Origin: an uncultured Acidimicrobiia bacterium
GTDB taxonomy: Bacteria > Actinomycetota > Acidimicrobiia > Acidimicrobiales > AC-14
Length of the DNA: 64,000 nucleotides
Reading direction: 5' to 3'
NCBI GenBank assembly: GCA_963790325.1
Contig: CAWBNY010000004.1
Coordinates: 4,210-68,209, forward strand
Shown: positions 44,988 to 54,462 of the stretch, one piece after another
How positions within the stretch are numbered: the first letter of the stretch is position 1
Layout: each line of letters starts with the position of its first letter
Made by a program: the position numbers and the translations under genes
The notes under the pieces: model-generated
The model's database searches: none
What the model saw: the letters and a program-made list of their open reading frames with translations, nothing else
What the model was told of the DNA's origin: nothing

Positions 44988-45766
44988 AGTCGGAGCGACC
45001 ACTCGTACTGGCGCATCACCGGCACCATCCCCAGGTGGACGTAGACCGCCGCCCCCGGCCGTCCGTCGACGCCGAAGATGCCGGTGGCGGCCAGGCCGAG
45101 GTCGACGGCCCGCCGGGACAGGACCCGCAACGTCTCGGCGGCGATGCCCTCCCGCCGCCGGTCCGGATGGACGAAGACGTTCTTGGCCCGCAGCAGCCCG
45201 TCCTGCTCCAGGGTGGCGACGCCCCCGCACACCTCGCCGTCGACCTCGACCAGGAAGGCCTGCATCCCGCCGGCGCACTTCCGCCGCTCGAGGTCGACCC
45301 ACTCCCCGGGGACGGTGACGTGCCCGTCGGCCGCCTCCTCGGAGCCGGCGTGGAGCTTGCCCTTGGCCTCCCACCCGTCCTCGTCGACGATCTCCCGCAA
45401 CGTCACCTCCGACCGGGCCGCCGCCGTCGGCAGCGCCCCCTCCACCACGTATCCGATCTCCGCCCGGCGCCGGTAGCCGGCCCCGGCCAGCGCCCCGTCG
45501 AGGGCGGCCGCCGGTCCGTCCAGGTAGACCCGGGCCACGCTCCGACCCAGCTCCCGGAGCCGCCGGGTCACGCCGTCGACCCAAGCGGGCGGGCCGGCGC
45601 CACCGAGCTCCCCCGGCCGCACCCGGTGCACGACGCACCCCGCCGGCAACGCCGCCGTGCCCTCCATCCACGCCAGCTCGGCCCCGTCGACGGCCTCCAC
45701 CGTCGCCCCCAGCTCGAAGTAGCGCCGGTCGCTCTCGAGGAGGGCCCCCGCCAACGCGACCGTCAC
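44984..45766 (-). CDS. GNAT-family acetyltransferase
   Basis: The C-terminal context is FVHPDRRREGIAAETL. It is translationally coupled to the PhyH-HD gene. Confidence 0.65.
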   Translation of the reverse strand: MTVALAGALLESDRRYFELGATVEAVDGAELAWMEGTAALPAGCVVHRVRPGELGGAGPPAWVDGVTRRLRELGRSVARVYLDGPAAALDGALAGAGYRRRAEIGYVVEGALPTAAARSEVTLREIVDEDGWEAKGKLHAGSEEAADGHVTVPGEWVDLERRKCAGGMQAFLVEVDGEVCGGVATLEQDGLLRAKNVFVHPDRRREGIAAETLRVLSRRAVDLGLAATGIFGVDGRPGAAVYVHLGMVPVMRQYEWSLRL

Positions 45767-46102
45767 CGGCCCACCGGCGACCCGAAGTCCTCGAACCTCA
45801 CAGCCCGCTCACCCCGTGGCGCAGCAGGCGGCCGGAGGCGTCGAGCGACAGGAGCCCGATCCCGGCCGGCGCGACCTGCTGGCGGGGTTCGGGTTGGAAC
45901 GGCAGGACGAGGACGGGGGGACCCGTTCGGATCGGGCACCGCCGGCCACCGGACGTGCGGCATCATCGACCGGGGCGGCACGGCCGAAGGCTAACCGTCG
46001 AGGTCCACCCGGAAGATCTTCCCGGTCCCCCAGTCGCCGACGTCGTCGACGGGGGTGGCCTTCCACCGCGGCCCGCGGGGCCTGTAGCGGCAACTGGTGA
46101 CG

Positions 46103-46128
46103 GATCCCGGGGTCAGGACCCCGGGATC
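46103..46128 (-). terminator. strong GC hairpin immediately 3' of the lipoprotein operon
   Basis: GATCCCGGGGT-cagg-ACCCCGGGATC forms an 11-bp perfect stem with a 4-nt loop. It starts 2 nt after the stop at 46130. There is no U-tract. Confidence 0.5.
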
Positions 46129-46129
46129 G

Positions 46130-47422
46130 TCACCGATTCGCTCGTTCGACGGCCGGGTCCCGTTCGATCACCAGGTCGCCGATGCGGCGGCCCATGGCCG
46201 ACCCCTCGGTGTGGTCGCCGCGCCAGTGGATGCCGCCGTAGAGCCGGGACAGCCCCGCCTCCTCCCCCATGGCCAGGTAGCGGTCGGCCTCGTCGGGGAA
46301 CAGGTGGGCCAGCACCGTCGCCACCGCCGCCGAGTAGGTCGAGTGGCCGGACACGTAGGCCGGGAACAGCGGCGTGGTCAGCAGCGGCTTCCACTCCGGG
46401 TCGAGGAGCTCCTGGATGGCGTTCTCGGGACGGGGCGTCCACCACCTGTACTTGGCGTCCCACGCCGCCACCCCGGCGTCGGCCAGGGCGACGTTCGCCA
46501 TCGCCAGCGTCCGCACCGACCGGGCGCCGTCGGCCCCTGCGCGGGCGAGGTCGTCGAGGACGATCCGGTTCCAGATCCCGGGTGGCAGCGGCGTCCCCTG
46601 GCCTCCCTCCCAGAAGCGGGCGATGCGCTTCTCGCCGTCGGTGAGACCGGCGCCGATGTCGATCAGCTCCCGACCCTCGGCCAGCAGTTCGGTAGATCCG
46701 TAGGCGGGGGGCGGCGGGGGCCGGACGGCGTCGCCCGCCGGGAGCACCCACGTCTGCCATCGCCCCGCCAGCGGTTGGACCGGCGGCGACACCGAGCCCG
46801 GCGGCGGCTGCCAGAACCCGGGTCGGTCGGGACGGTCGGCGGGCCGGGTCCCGTCCCACACCTCCGCCGACCCGTCGGCATCGGCCCGGGCGATGACCCG
46901 CTCGGCCACCCTCCGGCCCAGGTCGAGACCGGCGCCGCCGCCCTCGCCGGGACCGGCCACCTCCTCCGCCCGCCGGTCGAGGCGGAGGGCGGGCTGCTCG
47001 GGGAACAGGTGGGCCACCACCCTCGACGCCGCCCCCGCCACCGCCGCCTCCTCCGACGGGTACGACCGCGACTCGAAGACGCCCTGCCAGTGCCGGGCGA
47101 CCACCAGGGCGTCGAAGGCGGCCACCGCCACCAGGGCGTAGTCCCGGGACGCGTTGGGCGGGTCCTTGGTCCGGGCCGACACGAACTCCATGGCCCGCTC
47201 GATCCACTCGCCGCCCAGGGGGCCCGCCCCACCCCGGGTCGCCTCCGGCCCCCGCCCGTCCCCGGCCGGGGCGACGACCGGGATCGTCGCCGGGTCGCCG
47301 ACCACCCAGGTGGTCCACCGGTGGACGTCGGGCAGCGCCGGGGGCGGCGCGGGTGGCGACGTCCGGCAGCCGGCGACGATCAGGGCGACGACCACGGCCA
47401 GGCCGGCACCGCCCGTCCTCAT
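46130..47422 (-). CDS. PAP2/vanadium-dependent haloperoxidase-like lipoprotein
   Basis: The lipobox is LIVAGC. The PAP2 motifs are KYRWWTPRP, VSGHS and SRLYGGIHWRGD. Confidence 0.8.
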   Translation of the reverse strand: MRTGGAGLAVVVALIVAGCRTSPPAPPPALPDVHRWTTWVVGDPATIPVVAPAGDGRGPEATRGGAGPLGGEWIERAMEFVSARTKDPPNASRDYALVAVAAFDALVVARHWQGVFESRSYPSEEAAVAGAASRVVAHLFPEQPALRLDRRAEEVAGPGEGGGAGLDLGRRVAERVIARADADGSAEVWDGTRPADRPDRPGFWQPPPGSVSPPVQPLAGRWQTWVLPAGDAVRPPPPPAYGSTELLAEGRELIDIGAGLTDGEKRIARFWEGGQGTPLPPGIWNRIVLDDLARAGADGARSVRTLAMANVALADAGVAAWDAKYRWWTPRPENAIQELLDPEWKPLLTTPLFPAYVSGHSTYSAAVATVLAHLFPDEADRYLAMGEEAGLSRLYGGIHWRGDHTEGSAMGRRIGDLVIERDPAVERANR

Positions 47423-48195
47423 GGCGACAGGGACGCGGCCGCGTAGGCGCTCCGCACCGGCTCGCACCACACGATCACCGACCGCACCCAGTCGAGGTCG
47501 ACGGTGTCCGGCAGGCGGTAGTTCTGGGCCCCGGCGGTGGCGGTGAGGCGGGCGACCTGGACATGGCGGCTGTCCAGCGCCTCCCGGCTCGTCCGGGGGG
47601 CGGGGGCGTCGCTCAGCCACACGAAGAGGTCCGAGTTGCGGGTGACCACGAACGGGTCGAGGCGCAGGGCCGCCTCCCCGTCGAACCGGTAGAGCGTCGC
47701 CGTCCCTGCGCCCTCCTGGTCGATCCCGTAGAGCTCCCCCGCCGCCACCCGGGCGGCGGCCGTCATCCCCGGCAGGGCGGCCTCGGCCACCGGGGTGTCG
47801 AGCTGTTGGTCGACGACGACCTCCCACGTCCCGCCGGCGACCACGTCCAGCGTGGCCGGGCCGGTGCGGATGGAGTACCCGAACGAGCTCCCCGGGCAGC
47901 CGTCCACCACGGCCAGGGCCGGCACCTCCCCGTCGAGGCCGACCCGCACCGAGCCGGCCCCGTCGCAGGCCACCGTCACCCGCCACTGCAGGGCCTCGGG
48001 CGCGACCTCGAACCGCTCGGTCACCTGGTCGCCGGAGCCGGTGAGGCGGGCCAGGCGATCCCACCGGGGTGCCACCTTCTCCTCCCGGACCGTCGTCGTG
48101 GGCGCGCTCTCGTCCCGGCTTCCCGTGGAGCAGCCCGCCACCAGCACCATCGCCGCCACCACCAGCCGAGCGGGCAGTCGCCCGCCCGTCAGCAC
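47419..48195 (-). CDS. lipoprotein with DM13-like domain
   Basis: The lipobox is MVLVAGC. The C-terminal LYRFDGEAALRLDPFVVTRNSDLFVWLSD resembles DM13. Confidence 0.65.
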   Translation of the reverse strand: MLTGGRLPARLVVAAMVLVAGCSTGSRDESAPTTTVREEKVAPRWDRLARLTGSGDQVTERFEVAPEALQWRVTVACDGAGSVRVGLDGEVPALAVVDGCPGSSFGYSIRTGPATLDVVAGGTWEVVVDQQLDTPVAEAALPGMTAAARVAAGELYGIDQEGAGTATLYRFDGEAALRLDPFVVTRNSDLFVWLSDAPAPRTSREALDSRHVQVARLTATAGAQNYRLPDTVDLDWVRSVIVWCEPVRSAYAAASLSP

Positions 48196-49547
48196 TTCTT
48201 GTCCAGGCCGATGATGTTGAGGCCGAACCTGCCCCCCCGGACGTCGCCGTCGCGGCCGTAGACGTACCGGCCCCGGGGGGCGACGAAGGCGGTGTAGGTG
48301 CCGGGCTTGGAGTACTCGTCGGTGTAGCGGTAGGCGCCGGCCAGGTCGGCCCCCAGCATCGGGAACTCCTCGCCGTCGGGCGAGGTGAGCGTGCCCATGA
48401 CGGTGCCGTCCCGGTAGACGAGGTCGAGCTTGGCCCCCTGGGCCGACGTGCCCGTGTGGCGGCGGTCGGACGCCACGTCGACCGTGTAGATCCCCGCCCC
48501 CTGGCCGCTGGGGGCGGCGAAGAACCTGCGGGGCACACCGTCGGTGAGGGTGACGTCGCCCGAGATGCCGTCGTCGGCGATGGTGCCGGCGATGGTGGCG
48601 TCGCCGCTCTTCGAGGTGAGGGAGAACGTGTCGCCCGTCACCGGCTCCGCCCACCACTGGATGTCGCCCGCCGGCTCCGGTTCCGAGTCGGACAGGTAGA
48701 CCCGCACCAGACGGGAGCCGTCGGGGTTGGGGGCCAGCTCGACGTTGAGGCGGTCGGTGGCCATCGCCACCCGCCCGTGGTAGACGCCGGCGGTCGGCGT
48801 CGCCTCCTGGGACAGGTCGAGGGCGATGACGTTGCCGTCGGGCCGGCCCCCCTTGACGTCGCCCCCCCGGCCCTGGATCTCGGTGGCCTGGCGGGTGACG
48901 ATGGCGAGGTAGGTGTCGGGGGCGCCGCCGGCGACGGAGTAGCCCAGGCGGCGGGTGAGGTCGTTGTGACGGAACGGGTAGCGCTCCCCGGCGGAGGACA
49001 CCACCGCCCCCTCCACGTAGCTGCCCGTCTGGCGGGCGGTGAGGGTGGACCCGTTGACAGACGTGCCCGTCCACCCGTCGCCGGCAACGGTGATCTCGAA
49101 CGTCCCCGCCCCGTCGCCCGCGGGCCGGGTGAAGAAGTGGCGGGCCACCCCGTCGGCCAGGGTGACCGTCCCGTCGGTCTCGAAGTCCTCGATCCGGCCC
49201 GAGATGGTGGCCCCGCCGCTGGCCGAGGTGAGGATGAAGGCCCCGCCCGGCGCCGTCCCCTCGAACCACTCGGCGGTGCCGCCCGGGACCCCGTCGGTGA
49301 CGTAGACCTTCATGCCCGCGGCGCGGTCGTCGGCCCGGGCGAAGTGGATCGACACCAGGTTGCCGGTGAACGCCACCCCGCCGACGAACACCCCTGCGCT
49401 CGACAGCTCGGCCAGGCGGTCGTCGAGCGCCGACGTCGTGGGACCGGCGGCACCGCCGCCGGTCGAGTCGGACTCGGAACCGGAGCCGCAGGCGGGGAGG
49501 ACCACCAGCATCGCAGCCAGTGGAACGAGCAGCCGGCGAAGGCTCAC
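48189..49547 (-). CDS. lipoprotein with two homologous about 190-aa repeats, unknown function
   Basis: The lipobox is VVLPAC. Repeat 1 (VYVTDGVPGG...TLADGVARHFFTRPAGDGAGTFEITVAGD) parallels repeat 2 (VYLSDSEPEP...TLTDGVPRRFFAAPSGQGAGIYTVDVASD). Confidence 0.75.
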   Translation of the reverse strand: MSLRRLLVPLAAMLVVLPACGSGSESDSTGGGAAGPTTSALDDRLAELSSAGVFVGGVAFTGNLVSIHFARADDRAAGMKVYVTDGVPGGTAEWFEGTAPGGAFILTSASGGATISGRIEDFETDGTVTLADGVARHFFTRPAGDGAGTFEITVAGDGWTGTSVNGSTLTARQTGSYVEGAVVSSAGERYPFRHNDLTRRLGYSVAGGAPDTYLAIVTRQATEIQGRGGDVKGGRPDGNVIALDLSQEATPTAGVYHGRVAMATDRLNVELAPNPDGSRLVRVYLSDSEPEPAGDIQWWAEPVTGDTFSLTSKSGDATIAGTIADDGISGDVTLTDGVPRRFFAAPSGQGAGIYTVDVASDRRHTGTSAQGAKLDLVYRDGTVMGTLTSPDGEEFPMLGADLAGAYRYTDEYSKPGTYTAFVAPRGRYVYGRDGDVRGGRFGLNIIGLDKKC

Positions 49548-49609
49548 AGCCCGAGGCTATGCCCGGCCGGCAGGAGGGTCAACGAGCGCGGCGATAGGGT
49601 GCGGACGAC

Positions 49610-49873
49610 GTGAGCGACGACCTGCCCGACCGGCCCAAACGGCCCGAAGACCTCACCGCCGACGAGCGGACCACCCTCCACCGGGCTCACCAGTGGCTGC
49701 GCAACGCGTCGTCGGCCCTGGAGGCCCTCACCGCCACCGATCCCATCCGGGGCCGGTGGACGCCGGCGCCGGCGCCCGACGAGGCCCTCGACGGGGCCCG
49801 GGCCGACCTCCGCAACGCCTACCAGGCCATCGTCCGCCACCACCACGATCTCTTCGGCTGGGACGACTCCTAG
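49610..49873 (+). CDS. small hypothetical protein (87 aa)
   Basis: It has a GTG start and high GC3. No family was recognised. Confidence 0.4.
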   Translation: MSDDLPDRPKRPEDLTADERTTLHRAHQWLRNASSALEALTATDPIRGRWTPAPAPDEALDGARADLRNAYQAIVRHHHDLFGWDDS

Positions 49874-49947
49874 CGGGAGGGAGGCAGGCCCCACCCGAGG
49901 CGGGCCGCTGTGGCACCGAGGCCGTCGGGCGGGCCAAGCCCACCCTG

Positions 49948-50283
49948 TCAGTCCTGCCGGCACTCCTCGCACGGGCACCACGACCGCAGGGTCTCCCAGG
50001 TGTAGATGCCGGTGCCGTGGCCGTCGTTCCACTCGAGGTTGAGGCCCCAGTTGCCGACCTTCTCCGCCCCCTCGACGCGCAGCGCCGCCGGCGCCCCCGG
50101 TTGCGGCCACGCCACCCCGCCCCCGGCCCGCACGTCGCGGCACTGGGCGCACGGGCACCAGGCCCGCAGCCCGTCCAACCCGAAGCGGCTGACGTGACCG
50201 TCGGCCCAGGTGACGGTCACGCCCGCCTCCCGCGCGATGTCGATGACGGTGGGCGTGGTGGCGGACTCGTCGGCGGCGGTCAT
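49948..50283 (-). CDS. DUF971 (gamma-butyrobetaine hydroxylase-like N-terminal domain) protein
   Basis: It contains a duplicated W.DGH...Y....LR..CPC..C pattern: WADGHVSRFGLDGLRAWCPCAQC and WNDGHGTGIYTWETLRSWCPCEEC. Confidence 0.8.
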   Translation of the reverse strand: MTAADESATTPTVIDIAREAGVTVTWADGHVSRFGLDGLRAWCPCAQCRDVRAGGGVAWPQPGAPAALRVEGAEKVGNWGLNLEWNDGHGTGIYTWETLRSWCPCEECRQD

Positions 50284-50325
50284 GGCCGACCGACCGTAGG
50301 CCAACGGGCGCGGCAATCTGTGGCC

Positions 50326-51135
50326 ATGGGACGATGGGCGGGGTCCGGGTTGACGGTCGGCCTGGTCCGCGGCCTCGTCGTCGGCCTGGTCGTCGTCCTC
50401 GCCCTCGCCGGCTGCCGCGACCCGGATCCCGCGGCCGTCCCGCCCCCGACCACCCGTCCCGCCCCCGGTCCGCTCGGGTTCAGCGACGCCGACGACGGAC
50501 GCATCGTCACCGCCGCCGTGGGCCAGCGGGTCACCGTGATCCTCCACAGCTCCGAGTTCGTGTTCGGCGAGCCGTCGGACCCGGCCGTGCTCCGCCCCGA
50601 TCGCCCACCCACGGTGACGCCCAGCCCCCCCACCTGCCTCGAGACCCCGACCTCGGGGTGCGGCACGATCGTGGCCAGCTTCGTCGGGCTGGCCCCGGGC
50701 GCCGCCTCGGTGACCGCCGAACGGGCGGGCTGCGTCGCGCCGGAGTGCGATCCGGCCCTCGCCCGCTGGCACCTCACCGTCCGCGTGGTCGACTCGACCA
50801 CGACCACCATGGCGCCCCGGGGTGAGGTGGTGGGCACGGTGCGCTTCGGGCCGGTGTGCCCGGTCGAGTCCGACCCGCCCGACCCCGACTGCGCCCCCCG
50901 TCCCGGTTGGGGCACGGTCGAGCTGGCCCGGGCCGACGGCATCGTCGTCGCCAGCGACCGCACCGACGACGGCGGCGCCTTCGCCATCGCCGTCCCCCCC
51001 GGCGACTACCGGGTCCTCGCCTTCCCGGCCCAGTCGGCCCTCGGCGGCGGCTGCCAGGCCGACCCGGCCCGGGTGACGGTGGCGGACGGCACGTCGACCA
51101 CCGTCGACGTCACCTGCGACACGGGCATCCGCTAG
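50326..51135 (+). CDS. lipoprotein with C-terminal carboxypeptidase-regulatory-like beta-sandwich
   Basis: The lipobox is VLALAGC. The C-terminal pattern is G.V......DG.F.I.V.PG.Y.V. Confidence 0.65.
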   Translation: MGRWAGSGLTVGLVRGLVVGLVVVLALAGCRDPDPAAVPPPTTRPAPGPLGFSDADDGRIVTAAVGQRVTVILHSSEFVFGEPSDPAVLRPDRPPTVTPSPPTCLETPTSGCGTIVASFVGLAPGAASVTAERAGCVAPECDPALARWHLTVRVVDSTTTTMAPRGEVVGTVRFGPVCPVESDPPDPDCAPRPGWGTVELARADGIVVASDRTDDGGAFAIAVPPGDYRVLAFPAQSALGGGCQADPARVTVADGTSTTVDVTCDTGIR

Positions 51136-51213
51136 GCCGTACTCCGCCGGGGGCAGGCGCGGCTGCTCCCGGCGGGGGACGACGGAGGCGGCCGCCCGGC
51201 CTACCTTGCCGGT

Positions 51214-51486
51214 ATGGGAGTGTGGCTCACCGCGGCCGGCATCGCCCTGTTCCAGGTGGTGGGGTCGTTCGGGGCGGCCGACGACCAGCCCGAGCGCAAG
51301 GCGATCGACGCCGTCGCCGTGCTCCTCGTCCTGGCCGGCCCGGCCGCCCTCGCCCGTCGCGACCGGTGGCCCCTGGCCGCGGTGGCGGTGAGCGCGGCCG
51401 CCACCGACGTCTACCTCGGCCTCGGCTACCCCTACGGGCCGGTCTTCGTGAGCGTGGCCGTCGCCCTCTTCCACGCCGTCCAGCCG
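51214..51486 (+). pseudogene. sensor histidine kinase, N-terminal membrane fragment only
   Basis: FQVVGSFGAA...AVLLVLAGPAALARR...YLGLGYPYGPVF.SVAVALF is the typical N-terminus of actinobacterial HisKA_3 kinases. The sequence loses this identity after about 51486. Confidence 0.6.
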
Positions 51487-52061
51487 CCTTCTACCCCGCC
51501 CTCACCGGCGCCCGGAACCTGGGGGTGTTCGCGACCGTCGGCGGCCACGACCCGGCCCGGATCCCCGGCCTGCTCGCCACCGTCGGCCTGGCCGACCGGC
51601 CCCACGACCGCTACCGGGGCTACTCCCTGGGGATGAAACAGCGCCTCGGGATCGCCGCCGCCCTCCTCGGCGACCCCGAGCTGCTCATCCTGGACGAGCC
51701 GGCCAACGGCCTCGACCCCCAGGGGGTCCGGGAGATGCGGGCCCTCGTCGCCGGCCTGGCCGGCTCCGGCCGCACCGTCCTCGTCTCGTCCCACGACCTG
51801 AGCGAGCTGGAGCAGGTCTGCGACTGGATGGTGCTCATCGACACCGGTCGCTCGCTCTACCAGGGCCCGACCCACGACCTCCTCCGCACCGCGGCCCGGG
51901 GTCTGGCGGTGGCCACCCCCGACCCCCCCGACCACCACGTCCTGGCCGAGGTCCTGCGCAGCCACGGCCACCGGGTCGACGACCGGACCGCCGACCACCG
52001 CCTGGTCGTCGCCGTTGACGGGGCCGACGTGGCCGACCTGGCCGCGTCCGTCACCGCCTGA
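51487..52061 (+). pseudogene. ABC transporter ATP-binding protein lacking the N-terminal about 70 aa (no Walker A)
   Basis: In a different frame it begins at FYPALTGARNL and continues with the signature YSLGMKQRL, Walker B (LLILDEPANGLD) and the H-loop (SSHDL). There is no start codon and no Walker A. Confidence 0.7.
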
Positions 52062-52091
52062 TCCGACGTTGGCTCGCCCCTTCGGCAGTCG

Positions 52092-52670
52092 TCAGACCCG
52101 GATCCAGCCGATGTCGGTGACCGGCCAGACGCGGACGATCGCCCGGCCGATGATCACCGACTCGGGGATCGGCCCGAACTGGCGGCTGTCCTCCGACACC
52201 TCCCGCCGATCGCCCATCACCCAGTACCGGCCGTCGGGGACGCGCTGCTTGGCGATGTCGGTGGTGACCGTGCCGGTGCGGAGGTAGAACTCGTCGAGCA
52301 CCTCGCCGTTGAGGTACACGATCCCGTCCCGGGCCTCGAGCTCGTCGCCGGGGCCGGCGATGACCCGCTTGACCAGGATCTCGACCTGGGTGCTACCCCC
52401 GGCGCGAGCCGGCTTGTCGAACACGACCACGTCGCCCCGCCGGGGGTCGCCCAGCCGGTACCGGAGCTTGTCGACGACGACCCTGTCGCCGCGGCTGAGG
52501 GCGGGCTCCATCGCCGGCGAGGAGATCTGGAAGGGCTCCGCCACGTAGGTCTTGACAGCCACCACCACCACCAGGGCGACGACGACCAGGGCGACCCAGC
52601 CCAGGACCGACCGTGCTGCCCGCCGCCTCCGGCTGGGCGCCTTCTCCGTCCAATCCGTCCGCTTCCCCAT
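52092..52670 (-). CDS. lepB: signal peptidase I
   Basis: A TM anchor is followed by SSPAMEP (the catalytic Ser box), VKRVIAGPGD (Lys box) and GDRREVSEDSR. Confidence 0.9.
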   Translation of the reverse strand: MGKRTDWTEKAPSRRRRAARSVLGWVALVVVALVVVVAVKTYVAEPFQISSPAMEPALSRGDRVVVDKLRYRLGDPRRGDVVVFDKPARAGGSTQVEILVKRVIAGPGDELEARDGIVYLNGEVLDEFYLRTGTVTTDIAKQRVPDGRYWVMGDRREVSEDSRQFGPIPESVIIGRAIVRVWPVTDIGWIRV

Positions 52671-52832
52671 GGTCCCCGTCCCCGATCTTGACCGACTCCT
52701 GAACTCTGTCAGAACCGGCCTGAGCACGCGGGGCCGACGGTTGGACCACACCGCAACGAGCCGTGCCCCCGCGGTCGTGGCCGGAAGTCCGAGCGCGGCC
52801 ACGGGCCGGTGGATCCGTAGGGAGAACGCCCC

Positions 52833-53915
52833 ATGACGGACGGCATCGGCGTCCCTAAGGTCGTCGCCATGAACGACAACGACCTACGGGACGCCCTCGC
52901 CGACCGGCTCTTCGAAGCCGCCGTCGGCACCCTCGAGCTGTTCAGCGTCTACCTCGGGTGGCGTCTGGGCCTGTACCGGACCCTGGCTGACAACGGCCCC
53001 CTCACCGCCCCCGAGCTGGCCGCCGCCGCCGGCATCGACGGCCGCTACGCCCGGGAGTGGCTCGAGCAGCAGGCGGTGGCCGGGTTCCTCGAAATGGCCG
53101 GTGACAGCCGCTTCACCCTCGCCCCGGCCCACGCCGAGGTCCTCGTCGACCCCGAGAGCCCGGCCCACGCGGCGCCGTTCGCACCGATGGTGGTGGGCAT
53201 CGGCGCCGCCCTATCCCGGGTCGCCGACGCCTACCGCACCGGCCGAGGTGTCCCCTACTCCGACTACGGGGCCGACTTCCGGGACGGTCAGGGGGCGATC
53301 AACCGGCCCGCCTACGTCCACGAGCTGGCCGGCTGGCTGGAGGCGGTGCCCGAGGTCCGCTCGGAGCGCGCCCGGGTGGCCGACCTCGGGTGTGGCCAGG
53401 GATGGTCGACTTTGGCCCTGGCCGCCGCCTTCCCTTCGGCCGTGGTCGACGGCTTCGACGCCGACGAGGCCTCCATCCTCGACGCCAAGGTCAACGCCGC
53501 CGCCCACCCGGCGGGCGAGCGGGTCTCGTTCGTCTGCGGCGACGCGGCCACCGTGGCCGCCGCCGGTCCCTACGACGTGCTGTGCTTCTTCGAGGCGTTG
53601 CACGACCTGTCCGACCCGGTCGGCGCGCTGGCCGCGGCCGGGGCCGCGCTCGCTCCGGGCGGGGCCGTGGTCGTGGTCGACGAACGGGTGGCCGACGCCT
53701 TCGCCGCCCCCGGCGACCTGGTCGAGCGGATGATGTACGGCTGGAGCGTGTCGCACTGCCTGCCGGCCGCTCGGGCGGAGGAACCGTCCGCCGCCTTGGG
53801 GACCGTGCTCAGGTCGGGCACCGTGCGTCACCTGGCCGAAGCCGCCGGACTGCCCCGGGTCGAGATCCCCGAGATCGAGAGCGCCTTCTTCCGGATGTAC
53901 GTGCTGCGGCCCTGA
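52833..53915 (+). CDS. class I SAM-dependent methyltransferase with N-terminal winged-helix/dimerisation domain
   Basis: Motif I is VADLGCGQGW. The acidic loop and motif II follow. An alternative start is at 52869. Confidence 0.8.
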   Translation: MTDGIGVPKVVAMNDNDLRDALADRLFEAAVGTLELFSVYLGWRLGLYRTLADNGPLTAPELAAAAGIDGRYAREWLEQQAVAGFLEMAGDSRFTLAPAHAEVLVDPESPAHAAPFAPMVVGIGAALSRVADAYRTGRGVPYSDYGADFRDGQGAINRPAYVHELAGWLEAVPEVRSERARVADLGCGQGWSTLALAAAFPSAVVDGFDADEASILDAKVNAAAHPAGERVSFVCGDAATVAAAGPYDVLCFFEALHDLSDPVGALAAAGAALAPGGAVVVVDERVADAFAAPGDLVERMMYGWSVSHCLPAARAEEPSAALGTVLRSGTVRHLAEAAGLPRVEIPEIESAFFRMYVLRP

Positions 53916-53935
53916 GGCTGGCCACACTGGAGGTG

Positions 53936-54436
53936 ATGCTCCAGTCACCCCGGACGGCCGGGCCGCGCCTGTCGCCGCTCGGGCCGGGGGGTCGCCCCTT
54001 CGCCCGCTGGCGCCCGCTCATGGCGCTGGTGGCGGTCGGCGTCGCCCTCGCCGGCGGGCTCGTCCTCATGTCCGACCGGGCTCCCGGGCTGCTCGAACGG
54101 GTCTCCCGCCGCATCGACGCCGGCTCGTCCCGGGCCGCCCAACTGGCGGCCCAGACCCGACCCCAGTCGGACTTCGAGATCCACATCGCGCTGTGGGCGA
54201 CGATCACCATCCTCGTCGGGCTGACCATGTGGTCGAACTGGTCGGTCCTCGTCTCGGCGGTGGGCGTGTTCCTGACCAGCGTGGTCGCGGAGCGGGCCCA
54301 GGAGGCGCTGACCACCGCCCGGGAGATGCAGCTGGGCGACATCGCCGGCAACCTCATCGGCGTCCTCGCCGGCCTGGGCGTGGTCTTCGGCGTCGCCGTC
54401 GTCTTCGGCTGGAGGGATCCCGGCCCAGCCCGGTAG
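53936..54436 (+). CDS. membrane protein, unknown function
   Basis: The ATG follows GGAGGTG. Four hydrophobic segments are present. Confidence 0.55.
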   Translation: MLQSPRTAGPRLSPLGPGGRPFARWRPLMALVAVGVALAGGLVLMSDRAPGLLERVSRRIDAGSSRAAQLAAQTRPQSDFEIHIALWATITILVGLTMWSNWSVLVSAVGVFLTSVVAERAQEALTTAREMQLGDIAGNLIGVLAGLGVVFGVAVVFGWRDPGPAR

Positions 54437-54462
54437 ATCTCCTTGTAGTAGTATCATGCGAC

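Noticed and set aside
45995-46100. A short minus-strand reading frame ending ...RPRGPRWKATPVDDVGDWGTGKIFRVDLDG.
   Set aside because: It looks protein-like but has no start codon, is only about 40 codons long, and its 5' part runs through the terminator hairpin. It is probably a remnant and cannot be supported as a gene.
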